From the NCBI GenBank assembly GCA_963595005.1, contig CAVBGP010000001.1:1-59959 (forward strand): a stretch of DNA of 59,959 bases, given 5' to 3'. Below the pieces are notes generated by a model. That model ran no database searches, had not been told where the DNA came from, and saw only the letters and a program-made list of their open reading frames with translations. The translations under genes were made by a program, and so were the position numbers. This DNA is from Acutalibacteraceae bacterium (GTDB lineage Bacteria; Bacillota; Clostridia; Lachnospirales; Lachnospiraceae). Positions within the stretch are counted from its first letter, which is position 1. Every line of letters begins with the position of its first letter. Shown here one piece after another: positions 1-8,187 of the stretch.

Positions 1-83
1 ACCCATACCAATATCATTGTTTTAAAGGCAGCTCTGCTGATTTTATTGGTATCAGCTTAACCACATCAAAGAAAGGCTAAGCA

Positions 84-275
84 ATGACAAAATACGAAAA
101 AGAAAATTGGATTATCAACCTTGAGAATGTAGCCGCAGAAGTTTCATCAGAATATGGTTCAGACGTTGTCCAGAGCATTCTTATTCTTCACAACGCAACC
201 AGTATTGAAGATCTGTCTCAATCTGAATACGAAGCAGTCTTCTCTGATTTATATCTCATTGCATCAGACAACTAA
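84..275 (+). CDS. Small acidic hypothetical protein (63 aa)
   Basis: Intact ORF with no recognisable family, followed by a hairpin plus T-run at 377-409. Confidence 0.35.
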   Translation: MTKYEKENWIINLENVAAEVSSEYGSDVVQSILILHNATSIEDLSQSEYEAVFSDLYLIASDN

Positions 276-376
276 ATAACCTGTCCTGAGCACGACGTAA
301 AACTGCTCCATCACAAAGCAACTGCCGGACGCGGCCATCTTCTTAGAGTTGTGGCGTGATGAACCTTATAAACCGC

Positions 377-409
377 ATCAGGGGCTAAGAAGCCTGATTG
401 CTTATTTTT
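377..409 (+). terminator. Rho-independent terminator-like hairpin
   Basis: ATCAGG (377-382) pairs with CCTGAT (393-398), followed by TGCTTATTTTTC. Confidence 0.4.
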
Positions 410-508
410 CGGAACGGAGACGTGCCATGAATAAGTCAATCGATGCTTATCTGAATTTCATATCGAAGCCTTCGTTCCGCTTTCAGCGGACACAGGAGGC
501 CGCACGAT

Positions 509-1111
509 ATGGAAATCAATGTAAATGTACAGACAAGTACTGAAAATCATCAGTCAACCAATGACAACCACAACTACGACAACCGTCGCAGCTACAATAA
601 TCTCCCACTGCATCAGGGCGAGTGCCTCGTCCCGATCCGTGTAGACTGGGAAATGGTCAAGCACTTCAACATGTGCCGTGACAACCTTGAGACCTGGCGC
701 ATCGGACCAAATAAGGTTCTGGTAGCCTTCGCCCCGGTGGCAACCGAAAATAAGGCCGCTGCCATCAAAAGTTTCTACCGTGATGTACGTGAATACTTCG
801 CATCCTTCCAGACAGACGATACTCTTTCCCTGGATCAGTTCCTGGAAGAGGCAGAATCAGAGGACGGCAAAGGTTTCGAACCTGCTTCACCAGAGAACCT
901 GGAAGAGACCGTTATGCTCCGCATGATTATTGACGATCTGTTAAAACAGATCCACATCATCAATCCGAAGTATGGTCGCATCCTGGATCTCATCTGTGAG
1001 GATTACACCAAGGGTCAGATTCTCGAAGAATTACATCTCGGTAAGTCTCAGGGCTATGCTGACATCAAAGCAGCCCAGGAGCTTGCTAAGAAGCTCTATT
1101 ACGGTGAATAA
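509..1111 (+). CDS. Sigma-70 region-4-like HTH DNA-binding protein (MGE-type regulator), 200 aa
   Basis: The C-terminal segment RILDLICEDYTKGQILEELHLGKSQGYADIKAAQELAKKL looks like a sigma region 4 / LuxR-type HTH. SD ACAGGAGG lies 9 nt before the ATG. Confidence 0.5.
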   Translation: MEINVNVQTSTENHQSTNDNHNYDNRRSYNNLPLHQGECLVPIRVDWEMVKHFNMCRDNLETWRIGPNKVLVAFAPVATENKAAAIKSFYRDVREYFASFQTDDTLSLDQFLEEAESEDGKGFEPASPENLEETVMLRMIIDDLLKQIHIINPKYGRILDLICEDYTKGQILEELHLGKSQGYADIKAAQELAKKLYYGE

Positions 1112-1137
1112 GCTGTAAGCTAACCCGTAATTACCAA

Positions 1138-1179
1138 AGCGGCGATATCCTCTTCTCGAAGATACCGCCGCTCATTTTT
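1138..1179. terminator. Bidirectional terminator between convergent genes
   Basis: AGCGGCGATATC (1138-1149) pairs with GATACCGCCGCT (1161-1172), 11 of 12 bp. It is followed by CATTTTTC on the plus strand and lies between 509-1111 (+) and 1180-1455 (-). Confidence 0.55.
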
Positions 1180-1455
1180 CTATATGCATTTTCTTACATT
1201 CAATTGATAATCGTCATGTCCCTGAATACTTTTTATCGCCTGCCTCAATGTTCTGGCTCTTCCATGCTGATGGTAAGGATGCTGGAACCTATGCTTATGA
1301 AAGATGATACAGGAGCCTTCAGTAGGATACTCTGTATTATGCAGATACCAGTAGTGACCTGTATTCCTTGATTGTATAGTCACATCTCGGTCGTCAGATG
1401 AAATGATATTAAAGTAGATTGGATCGATTCCGGACAGAGTCTTTTCATCAAACAT
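1180..1455 (-). CDS. His-rich hypothetical protein (91 aa), translationally coupled to the SymE-like gene
   Basis: Overlaps the upstream gene by 8 nt (1448-1455). Contains the His-rich stretch HKHRFQHPYHQHG. No family recognised. Confidence 0.5.
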   Translation of the reverse strand: MFDEKTLSGIDPIYFNIISSDDRDVTIQSRNTGHYWYLHNTEYPTEGSCIIFHKHRFQHPYHQHGRARTLRQAIKSIQGHDDYQLNVRKCI

Positions 1456-1699
1456 AGGCTTTCTTCTTTACATACTTTGTCTTCTTCTCAGCCACCATTA
1501 TCGGAGCTATCTCTTCCGCCTCAACAATTCTCAGTACAATCACCAGCCTTCCGTTCTCACACTGCACCGATATTGGTGTATTTTCGCTGAAACCAAATTC
1601 CCTGAGCCATGCTCCCTTCAGCTGAATCTGCGGTACGTCTTTATAATTGTACCCGCTCTGTGCACAAACCTTCAGTTCTCTTACATTCTTCTTTGCCAT
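1448..1699 (-). CDS. SymE-like (SpoVT/AbrB-fold) type I toxin family protein, 83 aa
   Basis: RELKVCAQSGYNYKDVPQIQLKGAWLREFGFSENTPISVQCENGRLVI fits the SymE pattern (LxGxWLxxxGF...V.V....G.L.I). Start moved to the ATG at 1699, which has SD AAAGGAGG 7 nt upstream. The track ORF to 1771 is an upstream extension. Confidence 0.6.
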   Translation of the reverse strand: MAKKNVRELKVCAQSGYNYKDVPQIQLKGAWLREFGFSENTPISVQCENGRLVIVLRIVEAEEIAPIMVAEKKTKYVKKKAYV

Positions 1700-1729
1700 G
1701 TGTTTTCCTCCTTTTTCAATAGGCTTTTC

Positions 1730-1778
1730 AAAGAAACAAAATAAGCTGCAGACAACGGATATTTTCCGCATCTGCAGC
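1730..1778 (-). terminator. Hairpin plus T-rich tail downstream of rlmD (alternatively a 5' leader structure of the SymE-like gene)
   Basis: On the minus strand GCTGCAGA / 18-nt loop / TCTGCAGC is followed by TTATTTTGTTTCTTTG. It starts ~37 nt after the rlmD stop. Confidence 0.45.
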
Positions 1779-1781
1779 TCA

Positions 1782-1802
1782 TCTATTCAAATTCCTATTT
1801 AA
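1782..1802 (+). repeat. Junction direct repeat, left copy (TCTATTCAAATTCCTATTTAA)
   Basis: 19 of 21 identical to 56157-56177 in the same orientation. Lies 13 nt downstream of the rlmD stop codon. Confidence 0.5.
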
Positions 1803-1814
1803 TTGTGATGCCTA

Positions 1815-3401
1815 TTATTTGGTGGAGTCTTCCCCGTTCTTGATGCGGTAATAATCATCCATTTCAACATCAAGAGTTACGTAGGATTCTTTCTTCTTAA
1901 GGGTATTGCTCAAGAGGCACACTGTCTCGACGTTTTTTGTCCAAGGGAACTGATCTACGGCTGTTGCACGGATGAGGCGGTAGCCGGCCTCCTGCAGCAT
2001 TGCCATGTCACGTGCGAGGCTCTCTGGCTTACAGCTTACGTATATCATGTGCTCAACGCCGTAATCGATAATCTTGCGAAGTGCCTTTGGATTAACTCCG
2101 TCTCTTGGAGGATCCAGGATGATGATATCCGGACTTGGCAGGCTGTCGAGTGCCTTAAGCACATCGTCTGCTATAAATGTGCAGTTCGTAAGTCCGTTTG
2201 CGGCCGCATTTTCCTTAGCTGCTTCTACTGCCTCTGCGACTATCTCGACTCCTGTGACCTGCTTCACGCTTGGAGCAAGCATCTGCGCAATAGTGCCGGT
2301 TCCGGAATACAGGTCAAAAAGACTCATATCCGGCTTAAGCTCGTCTGTAATATACTCTCTGACCTTGGAGTACAGAACCTCCGCACCCTTAGAATTTGTC
2401 TGGAAGAAGGAGAACGGCGATATCTTAAACTTTAGTCCCAGCAGCTCTTCGCTTATATGGTCATCTCCGTAGAGCACAGTTGTTCCGTCATTTCTTACAG
2501 CATCTGAAAGTGTGTCATTGACAGTATGCAAGATGCCCTTGATTGTTCCTGTAAATGCATCCGTCTTAGCAAGCTTCACGAGTCTATCCTTAAACTCCTC
2601 AAGTACCTCAGTCTCATCAAGAGTCTCAATACCATCTGCAGCTTCTATGCGTCCGGCGGCGTAGGCCTCACGCTCATATAGGCTAAGCTCGCATATTTCT
2701 CTGTGATTGGTAACCTTAATAAGCGGCTGAGATGTAGTGACGAGGTCAATAAGCATCTCACCTGTATTAACCGCACGCCTGATAATCAGATATCTCAGAT
2801 AACCGAAATGCGACTTCTTGTCGTGATAGGTTAATCCCGTAGACCTGAAATAATCCGCAGTACATTTAACCACCAGGTTAAAATCATTATGTACAAGTCT
2901 GCAGTCATCGACGTCTATTACATTGTAGAAGCTCCTCTTCTGATGAAGTCCAAGCGTAAGCGGACCGTTCTTGATACAGTCACCGAAGCTGTATTCCATC
3001 TTGTTTCTGTAGCCGAAAACAAGAGGACTCTCTATAATGCCCTCATAACGATACTCATAGCCATACGGAGCAACTGCTTCATCAAGCAAGGTGTGAACGT
3101 GCTCACTCTTGATATTACGCTGCTCTTCCTCTGTGATATAGCTGCAGACTGACTCACCGGCTTTACTATCTATGGTAGTTATGTCACTACTACCCGCATC
3201 TTTAGTGCCTGTATCAATGCTGTCTGTCGCTGATTCTGACTTGCAGCCTGTAACCTTACTAACTGTCGTGGCCTCTGTCTTGATACCAATATCCTTGCTG
3301 CCTTTCGCAGCATCTGTCTTTTTTCCCTGATTTTGGGTATGATAAAAGCAGCCTCCGCATATTCCGCCAAGGCTGCAATCATTAATAATACAATCTGCCA
3401 A
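1815..3401 (-). CDS. rlmD: 23S rRNA (uracil-C5)-methyltransferase, RumA/RlmD (TrmA) family, with Fe-S Cys cluster
   Basis: N-terminal cluster DCSLGGICGGC plus downstream DDCRLV. SAM-MTase motifs LFDLYSGTGTI and IILDPPRDG, and catalytic-region YVSCKPESLARD. TTG start at 3401 with SD GGAGAG 8 nt upstream. Confidence 0.85.
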   Translation of the reverse strand: MADCIINDCSLGGICGGCFYHTQNQGKKTDAAKGSKDIGIKTEATTVSKVTGCKSESATDSIDTGTKDAGSSDITTIDSKAGESVCSYITEEEQRNIKSEHVHTLLDEAVAPYGYEYRYEGIIESPLVFGYRNKMEYSFGDCIKNGPLTLGLHQKRSFYNVIDVDDCRLVHNDFNLVVKCTADYFRSTGLTYHDKKSHFGYLRYLIIRRAVNTGEMLIDLVTTSQPLIKVTNHREICELSLYEREAYAAGRIEAADGIETLDETEVLEEFKDRLVKLAKTDAFTGTIKGILHTVNDTLSDAVRNDGTTVLYGDDHISEELLGLKFKISPFSFFQTNSKGAEVLYSKVREYITDELKPDMSLFDLYSGTGTIAQMLAPSVKQVTGVEIVAEAVEAAKENAAANGLTNCTFIADDVLKALDSLPSPDIIILDPPRDGVNPKALRKIIDYGVEHMIYVSCKPESLARDMAMLQEAGYRLIRATAVDQFPWTKNVETVCLLSNTLKKKESYVTLDVEMDDYYRIKNGEDSTK

Positions 3402-3406
3402 ATCCG

Positions 3407-3721
3407 TTACTCTCCGTCTGTGTCAGTATCAGCTGAGTCTGCCTCGGAAAGTTCCTCTGCATCCTCGTCCTCTTCTTCTTCATCCTCATCATCAAGAAGA
3501 TCATCATAATCATAGCTGTCATTGCTGAAATGCTTATATACAGCATATGCAACAACGCCGATTACTACCAATGCACCTAATGCGGAGAGGACAATGATAA
3601 GCAGCTTTCTGGTATCAACACCCTCATCTGCCTCATCACAGCCATGCTTAAGCTTAATTATCAGCTCGTCTATATGCTTCTTAGCCTCATTAAGTGAAAT
3701 CAATGCATTAATCTTATCCAT
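3407..3721 (-). CDS. Single-pass membrane protein with poly-acidic C-terminal tail (104 aa)
   Basis: One hydrophobic helix (LLIIVLSALGALVVIGVVAYAVY) followed by a D/E-rich tail. The stop lies 5 nt before the rlmD start. Confidence 0.55.
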   Translation of the reverse strand: MDKINALISLNEAKKHIDELIIKLKHGCDEADEGVDTRKLLIIVLSALGALVVIGVVAYAVYKHFSNDSYDYDDLLDDEDEEEEDEDAEELSEADSADTDTDGE

Positions 3722-3837
3722 ATTTGCCTCCTTAAAGCAGCCCCTTTAGCAGCCGATGCTGTCTGACATGCCCAAAGCTCTTCCGACCCTTAGATATATC
3801 AGACGTCTCGTCTGTTCCTTCTATCAAGAACACTCTA

Positions 3838-6558
3838 TCACACCTTTTTAAGTTTTGCAAATGTTGCATACATTACCTTGCGTCCAACTTCATCAAAATC
3901 CACACTGACGCGGTAATCCTTAGGCTCATCCGTAAGCTCTGCTACGGTACCCAGTCCGAATTTGACATGCATAACCCTGTCACCGACCTCGTAGTCAGGC
4001 TTCTGCTTGACACTTCCGCTGCCATAGCCCTTACTGATGCCCGCTATACCGCTTAAGGCTGAGGAGCTGTTACGCTTCTTAGCTCTTCCTGCCGGTGTGT
4101 CATCAAGTGAACCAAACCTGCCTGTACGACTGCTGTTGAAAGCATTATAGGAACCGCTGTAATTATTCCTTCCGGAGTAAGCTACGCCATCCGACTCATC
4201 ATGCTTGCTATACGGGTCATTGCGATAAAGCTCTTTACCGAACCTACTGTAAATGTCTCCGGCCCCGGTGCTATTCTGACTGTATCTGTCTGTATATCCG
4301 CCGCTTCCGTATCTTCCGGCAGTTTCACCTCCATAGCTGCCTCCGCCGTAGCCACTTCCGCCATAACTGCTGCCGCTATAGTCTCCATAGGAGCTGCCGC
4401 CCGAATCTCTGCCGCCGTAGCCGCCGTATGAGCTCTTATCTCTTCCGTAGTCACGTCCACTGTAGCCACTGCCGCCGTGAGAGTAGCCGTATTCCATGCT
4501 GCCCTCATAGCCGCCAAAATCAGAGAATGACTCTCTTCTCTCATCCGAACGGTAATGCTCCTTACGAAAATGCTTAACAGCCGCATCATCAGGTATCTCA
4601 TCAATGAATCTTGATGGCTTCATATAGCGCAAATCGCCATTTACCATGCGCTGACCAGCCGAGCTTAGGTGAAGTATCCTCCTTGCTCTGGTAAAACCAA
4701 CATAGCAAAGTCTGCGCTCTTCCTCTATCTCAAGCTCTGGATTATCCGAATTAATAGCAGCTGAAGAAGGGAACAGTCCATCCTCCATGCCGCACAGATA
4801 TACAGTATCAAACTCAAGACCCTTAGCGGCATGCAGAGTCATCATGGTGATTGCTTCCTCATTAGGGTCTGTTCTGTCTATATCTGATACAAGTGAGATG
4901 TCCTCAAGGAACAAGGCCAACAGCTCCAGCGGGTCTAAGCTGTCTGACTGCGCTTCAAAGCCCTCATTCCAATCATTTCCGCCATACTGCTCCTCAAAGC
5001 TTACAGCCTTATTGATTAATTCCTCGATGTTTTCCAAACGAGTCTCTGCCGTTATTTCATCATCAGCCTTAAGCTCATCCGCATAGCCGCTCTCATCTCT
5101 TACAAGCTCAATCAGCTCACGTATGCTTCCGCCTTCATGGTATCTGCTTCGAAATCCCTCTATCAGATCTACAAATCCGTCAATCTTCTTGGCAGCTGCA
5201 TTTCCAAGATCATCAACCTCATGAGCTGCCTTAAGAGCATCATAGACGCTCAGCTCATGCTGAGCGGCATAGGCACTTACTCTGTCAACGCTAGTCTGAC
5301 CTATGCCGCGCTTTGGCACATTAATGATACGCATACAGGCAAGGTCATCGACTCCGTTAGCAATTACCCTGAGATAAGACAGTATATCCTTAATCTCCTT
5401 ACGCTGATAGAAGTTAACACCTCCGACCAGGATATAAGGAATACCTCTCTGCACACATTTTTCCTCGAGCAGACGAGACTGAGCATTGGTTCTGTACAAT
5501 ATAGCCTGGTCCTTAAGTCCTGTGCCCTGCTTTGCAGCCGCTTCAGCGCTCTTAATTATTGCCTCTGCCTCTGCCGGTGCCGAATCATATTCTTTGTAGT
5601 CCGGAAGCTCTCCCTTAGCATTTTCCGTCCAGAGATGCTTAGCCTTACGTCCCCTGTTATTCTTGATAACCTCATTGGCGGCATTAAGTATAGCCTTGGT
5701 CGAACGGTAATTTTGCTCAAGCTTAATAACCTTAGCCTTTGGAAATGTCTTCTCAAAGCTAAGTATATTCTCTATGTTGGCTCCTCTGAACTTGTATATT
5801 GACTGGTCATCATCACCCACAACGCAGAGATTGCCATAACGCTCTGACAAGAGGCGCACTATCTCAAACTGTACATTGTTGGTATCCTGATACTCATCAA
5901 CCATTATGTAGCGAAAGCGCTCCTGCCAGTTATAGAGCACATCAGGAAAGCGCTTAAAAAGCTCAACTGTCTTAAGCAGCAAATCATCAAAGTCCAAAGC
6001 ATTATTGGTCTTAAGCTGCTTTTCGTACTCCATATAGACTTTTGCGACATTTTTATCATAGAAGTCCAAGGCGGAATCAGCAAAGCTGTGCGCATCAACC
6101 ATCCTGTTCTTCTGCGAGGAGATGATGCTTAATATAGCTCTGTCCTTATACATCTTGCTGTCAAGATTAAGATCCTTTATGCATTTACGCACAAGTGTTT
6201 TCTGATCGTCACCGTCATATATGGTAAAGTCCTTGGCGTAGCCCAGCTTCTCAATATCTCTGCGCAAAAGCCTCACGCACATAGAGTGGAAGGTTGAGAC
6301 AAACACTGCCTGTGCTGCACTGCTCTCAAGAAGCCTGTCAACTCTCTCACGCATCTCATTTGCAGCCTTATTGGTAAATGTGATAGCGAGTATATTCCAC
6401 GGCGCAACACCGTCTGCTATAAGATAGCCTATTCTGTGTGTAAGTATGCGAGTCTTGCCGGATCCTGCTCCAGCAAGAATAAGCAGTGGACCCTCTATGG
6501 ACTCCACTGCTTCTCTCTGCCTGTCATTTAAACCTTTTATAAGTTCTTCTTTATTCAC
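3838..6558 (-). CDS. pcrA: ATP-dependent DNA helicase PcrA (UvrD family) with a ~175-aa G/S/Y-rich linker insertion
   Basis: Walker A GAGSGKT, motifs VDEYQDTN, VGDDDQSIY, QNYRS and TLHAAKGLEF, plus the C-terminal Tudor-like DYEVGDRVMHVKFGLGTV. The GTG start overlaps the serS stop (GTGA). Confidence 0.9.
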   Translation of the reverse strand: MNKEELIKGLNDRQREAVESIEGPLLILAGAGSGKTRILTHRIGYLIADGVAPWNILAITFTNKAANEMRERVDRLLESSAAQAVFVSTFHSMCVRLLRRDIEKLGYAKDFTIYDGDDQKTLVRKCIKDLNLDSKMYKDRAILSIISSQKNRMVDAHSFADSALDFYDKNVAKVYMEYEKQLKTNNALDFDDLLLKTVELFKRFPDVLYNWQERFRYIMVDEYQDTNNVQFEIVRLLSERYGNLCVVGDDDQSIYKFRGANIENILSFEKTFPKAKVIKLEQNYRSTKAILNAANEVIKNNRGRKAKHLWTENAKGELPDYKEYDSAPAEAEAIIKSAEAAAKQGTGLKDQAILYRTNAQSRLLEEKCVQRGIPYILVGGVNFYQRKEIKDILSYLRVIANGVDDLACMRIINVPKRGIGQTSVDRVSAYAAQHELSVYDALKAAHEVDDLGNAAAKKIDGFVDLIEGFRSRYHEGGSIRELIELVRDESGYADELKADDEITAETRLENIEELINKAVSFEEQYGGNDWNEGFEAQSDSLDPLELLALFLEDISLVSDIDRTDPNEEAITMMTLHAAKGLEFDTVYLCGMEDGLFPSSAAINSDNPELEIEEERRLCYVGFTRARRILHLSSAGQRMVNGDLRYMKPSRFIDEIPDDAAVKHFRKEHYRSDERRESFSDFGGYEGSMEYGYSHGGSGYSGRDYGRDKSSYGGYGGRDSGGSSYGDYSGSSYGGSGYGGGSYGGETAGRYGSGGYTDRYSQNSTGAGDIYSRFGKELYRNDPYSKHDESDGVAYSGRNNYSGSYNAFNSSRTGRFGSLDDTPAGRAKKRNSSSALSGIAGISKGYGSGSVKQKPDYEVGDRVMHVKFGLGTVAELTDEPKDYRVSVDFDEVGRKVMYATFAKLKKV

Positions 6559-7868
6559 TTCTTCTTAGCTGTAATTGAATTGTACTTAGGTGTGAGTACT
6601 GCCTTGCCGCCCATATAAGGTCTGAGCACCTCAGGGATAAGGACTGAGCCGTCTGCCTGCAGGTTGTTCTCAAGGAAAGCAATAAGCATACGCGGCGGTG
6701 CAACACAGGTGTTATTAAGTGTAGTAGCAAGATGATTGCCCTTTTCCTTAGACTTAATCCTAATCTTAAGTCTGCGGGCCTGTGCATCTCCGAGGTTAGA
6801 GCATGAGCCAACCTCAAAATACTTCTTCTGTCTTGGTGACCATGCCTCTACATCACAGGACTTAACCTTGAGGTCTGCAAGATCTCCTGAACAGCACTCA
6901 AGCTGTCTTACCGGGATATCAAGAGTGCGGAAGAAGTCTACGGTATTCTTCCAGAGTACGTCATACCACTTCATAGCCTCCTCTGGCTCGCATACAACTA
7001 TCATCTCCTGCTTCTCAAACTGGTGTATACGATATACGCCTCTCTCCTCTATACCGTGAGCACCCTTCTCCTTTCTGAAGCAAGGTGAATAAGAGGTAAG
7101 GGTAAGCGGAAGCTTCTCCTCCGGTATAGTCTGGTCGATGAAACGTCCTATCATCGAATGCTCTGAGGTACCTATAAGATAGAGATCCTCTCCCTCAATC
7201 TTGTACATCATAGCGTCCATCTCTGCAAATGACATAACGCCGTTAACTACCTTTGAACGAATCATGTAAGGCGGAATAACGTAGGTGAAGCCTCTGTCTA
7301 TCATGAAGTCTCTTGCATAAGCAATAACGGCCTCATGAAGTCTTGCGATATCGCCAAGGAGATAATAGAAGCCGTTTCCTGCAACTCTGCCTGCGGCATC
7401 CATGTCAATGCCCTCAAAGCTCTCCATAATATCTGTATGATATGGCACCTCAAAATCAGGTACCTTAGGCTCGCCAAAGCGCTGTACCTCAACGTTGCAG
7501 CTGTCGTCCTTACCTATCGGAACTGAAGGATCAATGATGTTAGGGATAACCATCATCTTCTTGGTAAGCTGCTCATTGAGCTCAGTCTGACGTGCTGCAA
7601 GGCTGTCAAGGAGCTCTCCGTCCTTAGCAACCTCAGCCTTAGCCTGCTCTGCCTCTTCCTTAAGTCCCTTGCCCATAAGAGCGCCGATTTCCTTGGAAAT
7701 CTTGTTTCTCTTAGCTCTGAGATCATCTGCCTCCTGCTGAACCTTGCGAAGCTCGGCATCAAGTGCTATACATTCATCAACAAGCGGAAGCTTCTCGTCC
7801 TGAAACTTCTTCTTGATATTTTCCTTGACTGCGTCAGGATTTTCTCTGACAAACCTAATATCTAACAT
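6555..7868 (-). CDS. serS: Seryl-tRNA synthetase
   Basis: N-terminal coiled-coil arm (MLDIRFVRENPD...) and class II core motifs (FRKEKGAHG..RGVYRIHQFEKQE; GSCSNLGDAQARR). SD AAAGGAG. Confidence 0.93.
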   Translation of the reverse strand: MLDIRFVRENPDAVKENIKKKFQDEKLPLVDECIALDAELRKVQQEADDLRAKRNKISKEIGALMGKGLKEEAEQAKAEVAKDGELLDSLAARQTELNEQLTKKMMVIPNIIDPSVPIGKDDSCNVEVQRFGEPKVPDFEVPYHTDIMESFEGIDMDAAGRVAGNGFYYLLGDIARLHEAVIAYARDFMIDRGFTYVIPPYMIRSKVVNGVMSFAEMDAMMYKIEGEDLYLIGTSEHSMIGRFIDQTIPEEKLPLTLTSYSPCFRKEKGAHGIEERGVYRIHQFEKQEMIVVCEPEEAMKWYDVLWKNTVDFFRTLDIPVRQLECCSGDLADLKVKSCDVEAWSPRQKKYFEVGSCSNLGDAQARRLKIRIKSKEKGNHLATTLNNTCVAPPRMLIAFLENNLQADGSVLIPEVLRPYMGGKAVLTPKYNSITAKKK

Positions 7869-8060
7869 TTCTGCTCCTTTTTTGATATCTGTTTTGGTAG
7901 CCGCATTACATAAGACTTAAGACCTTTGCCATACGAACATTTTTATGATTCGGCAGTTGCAGTCTTATAAAATCCATATCAATCAACGCTTTTACAATGG
8001 ATATAGTCTTAGTCTCCGGCAAATTAGATTTATTCTACCACTACTGAAAATACACGTCAA

Positions 8061-8087
8061 TGCACAGCAATCCGCACTTTTATAATA
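8061..8087 (-). repeat. Mosaic palindromic repeat, hp1 half-site copy
   Basis: Plus strand reads GCAATCCGCACTTTTATAATA. The left arm is only weakly recognisable (CGGCAAATTAGATT at ~8017). Confidence 0.5.
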
Positions 8088-8187
8088 AGCAAGCTTATGC
8101 ACATTGAAATATAAATCAATGTTCAAATGCGTCAGCGCATGGCTTAACTGTAACCTTACTTATGTATTCATGTATTCGCACAATGGT

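Larger units (their letters stand above)
1..1802. mobile_element. Partial mobile genetic element (one end; continues beyond the window start)
   Basis: Holds the only plus-strand genes of the window, a sigma-70 region-4-like HTH protein and a SymE-like toxin gene. It abuts the 3' end of rlmD and ends at a 21-bp sequence (1782-1802) repeated at 56157-56177. Confidence 0.45.

Noticed and set aside
349-543. 64-aa ORF upstream of and overlapping the sigma-like gene.
   Set aside because: It spans a terminator-like hairpin (377-409), has no SD, and overlaps the start of the better-supported 509-1111 gene.
4182-4604. ORFs 4182-4604 (-) and 4201-4431 (+) inside pcrA.
   Set aside because: They are alternative-frame readings of the G/S/Y-repeat DNA, give low-complexity Ala/Thr-rich translations, and are fully embedded in a well-supported gene.
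5137-5802. Long plus-strand ORFs antisense to minus-strand genes (for example 5137-5802, 23434-23967, 29485-29994, 44516-45160, 51365-51901, 52843-53391, 55237-55827, 18442-18966).
   Set aside because: All lie entirely within strongly supported minus-strand genes, have no SD and no recognisable family, and have the Ser/Leu/Cys-rich composition typical of shadow ORFs.
7869-8187. Possible Ser T-box leader upstream of serS (319-nt gap).
   Set aside because: Reading the minus strand, I found no T-box core (GGGTGGTACCGCG-like), no specifier-loop/GA-motif arrangement and no terminator/antiterminator pair. The gap instead holds a repeat half-site. An Infernal scan would be decisive.
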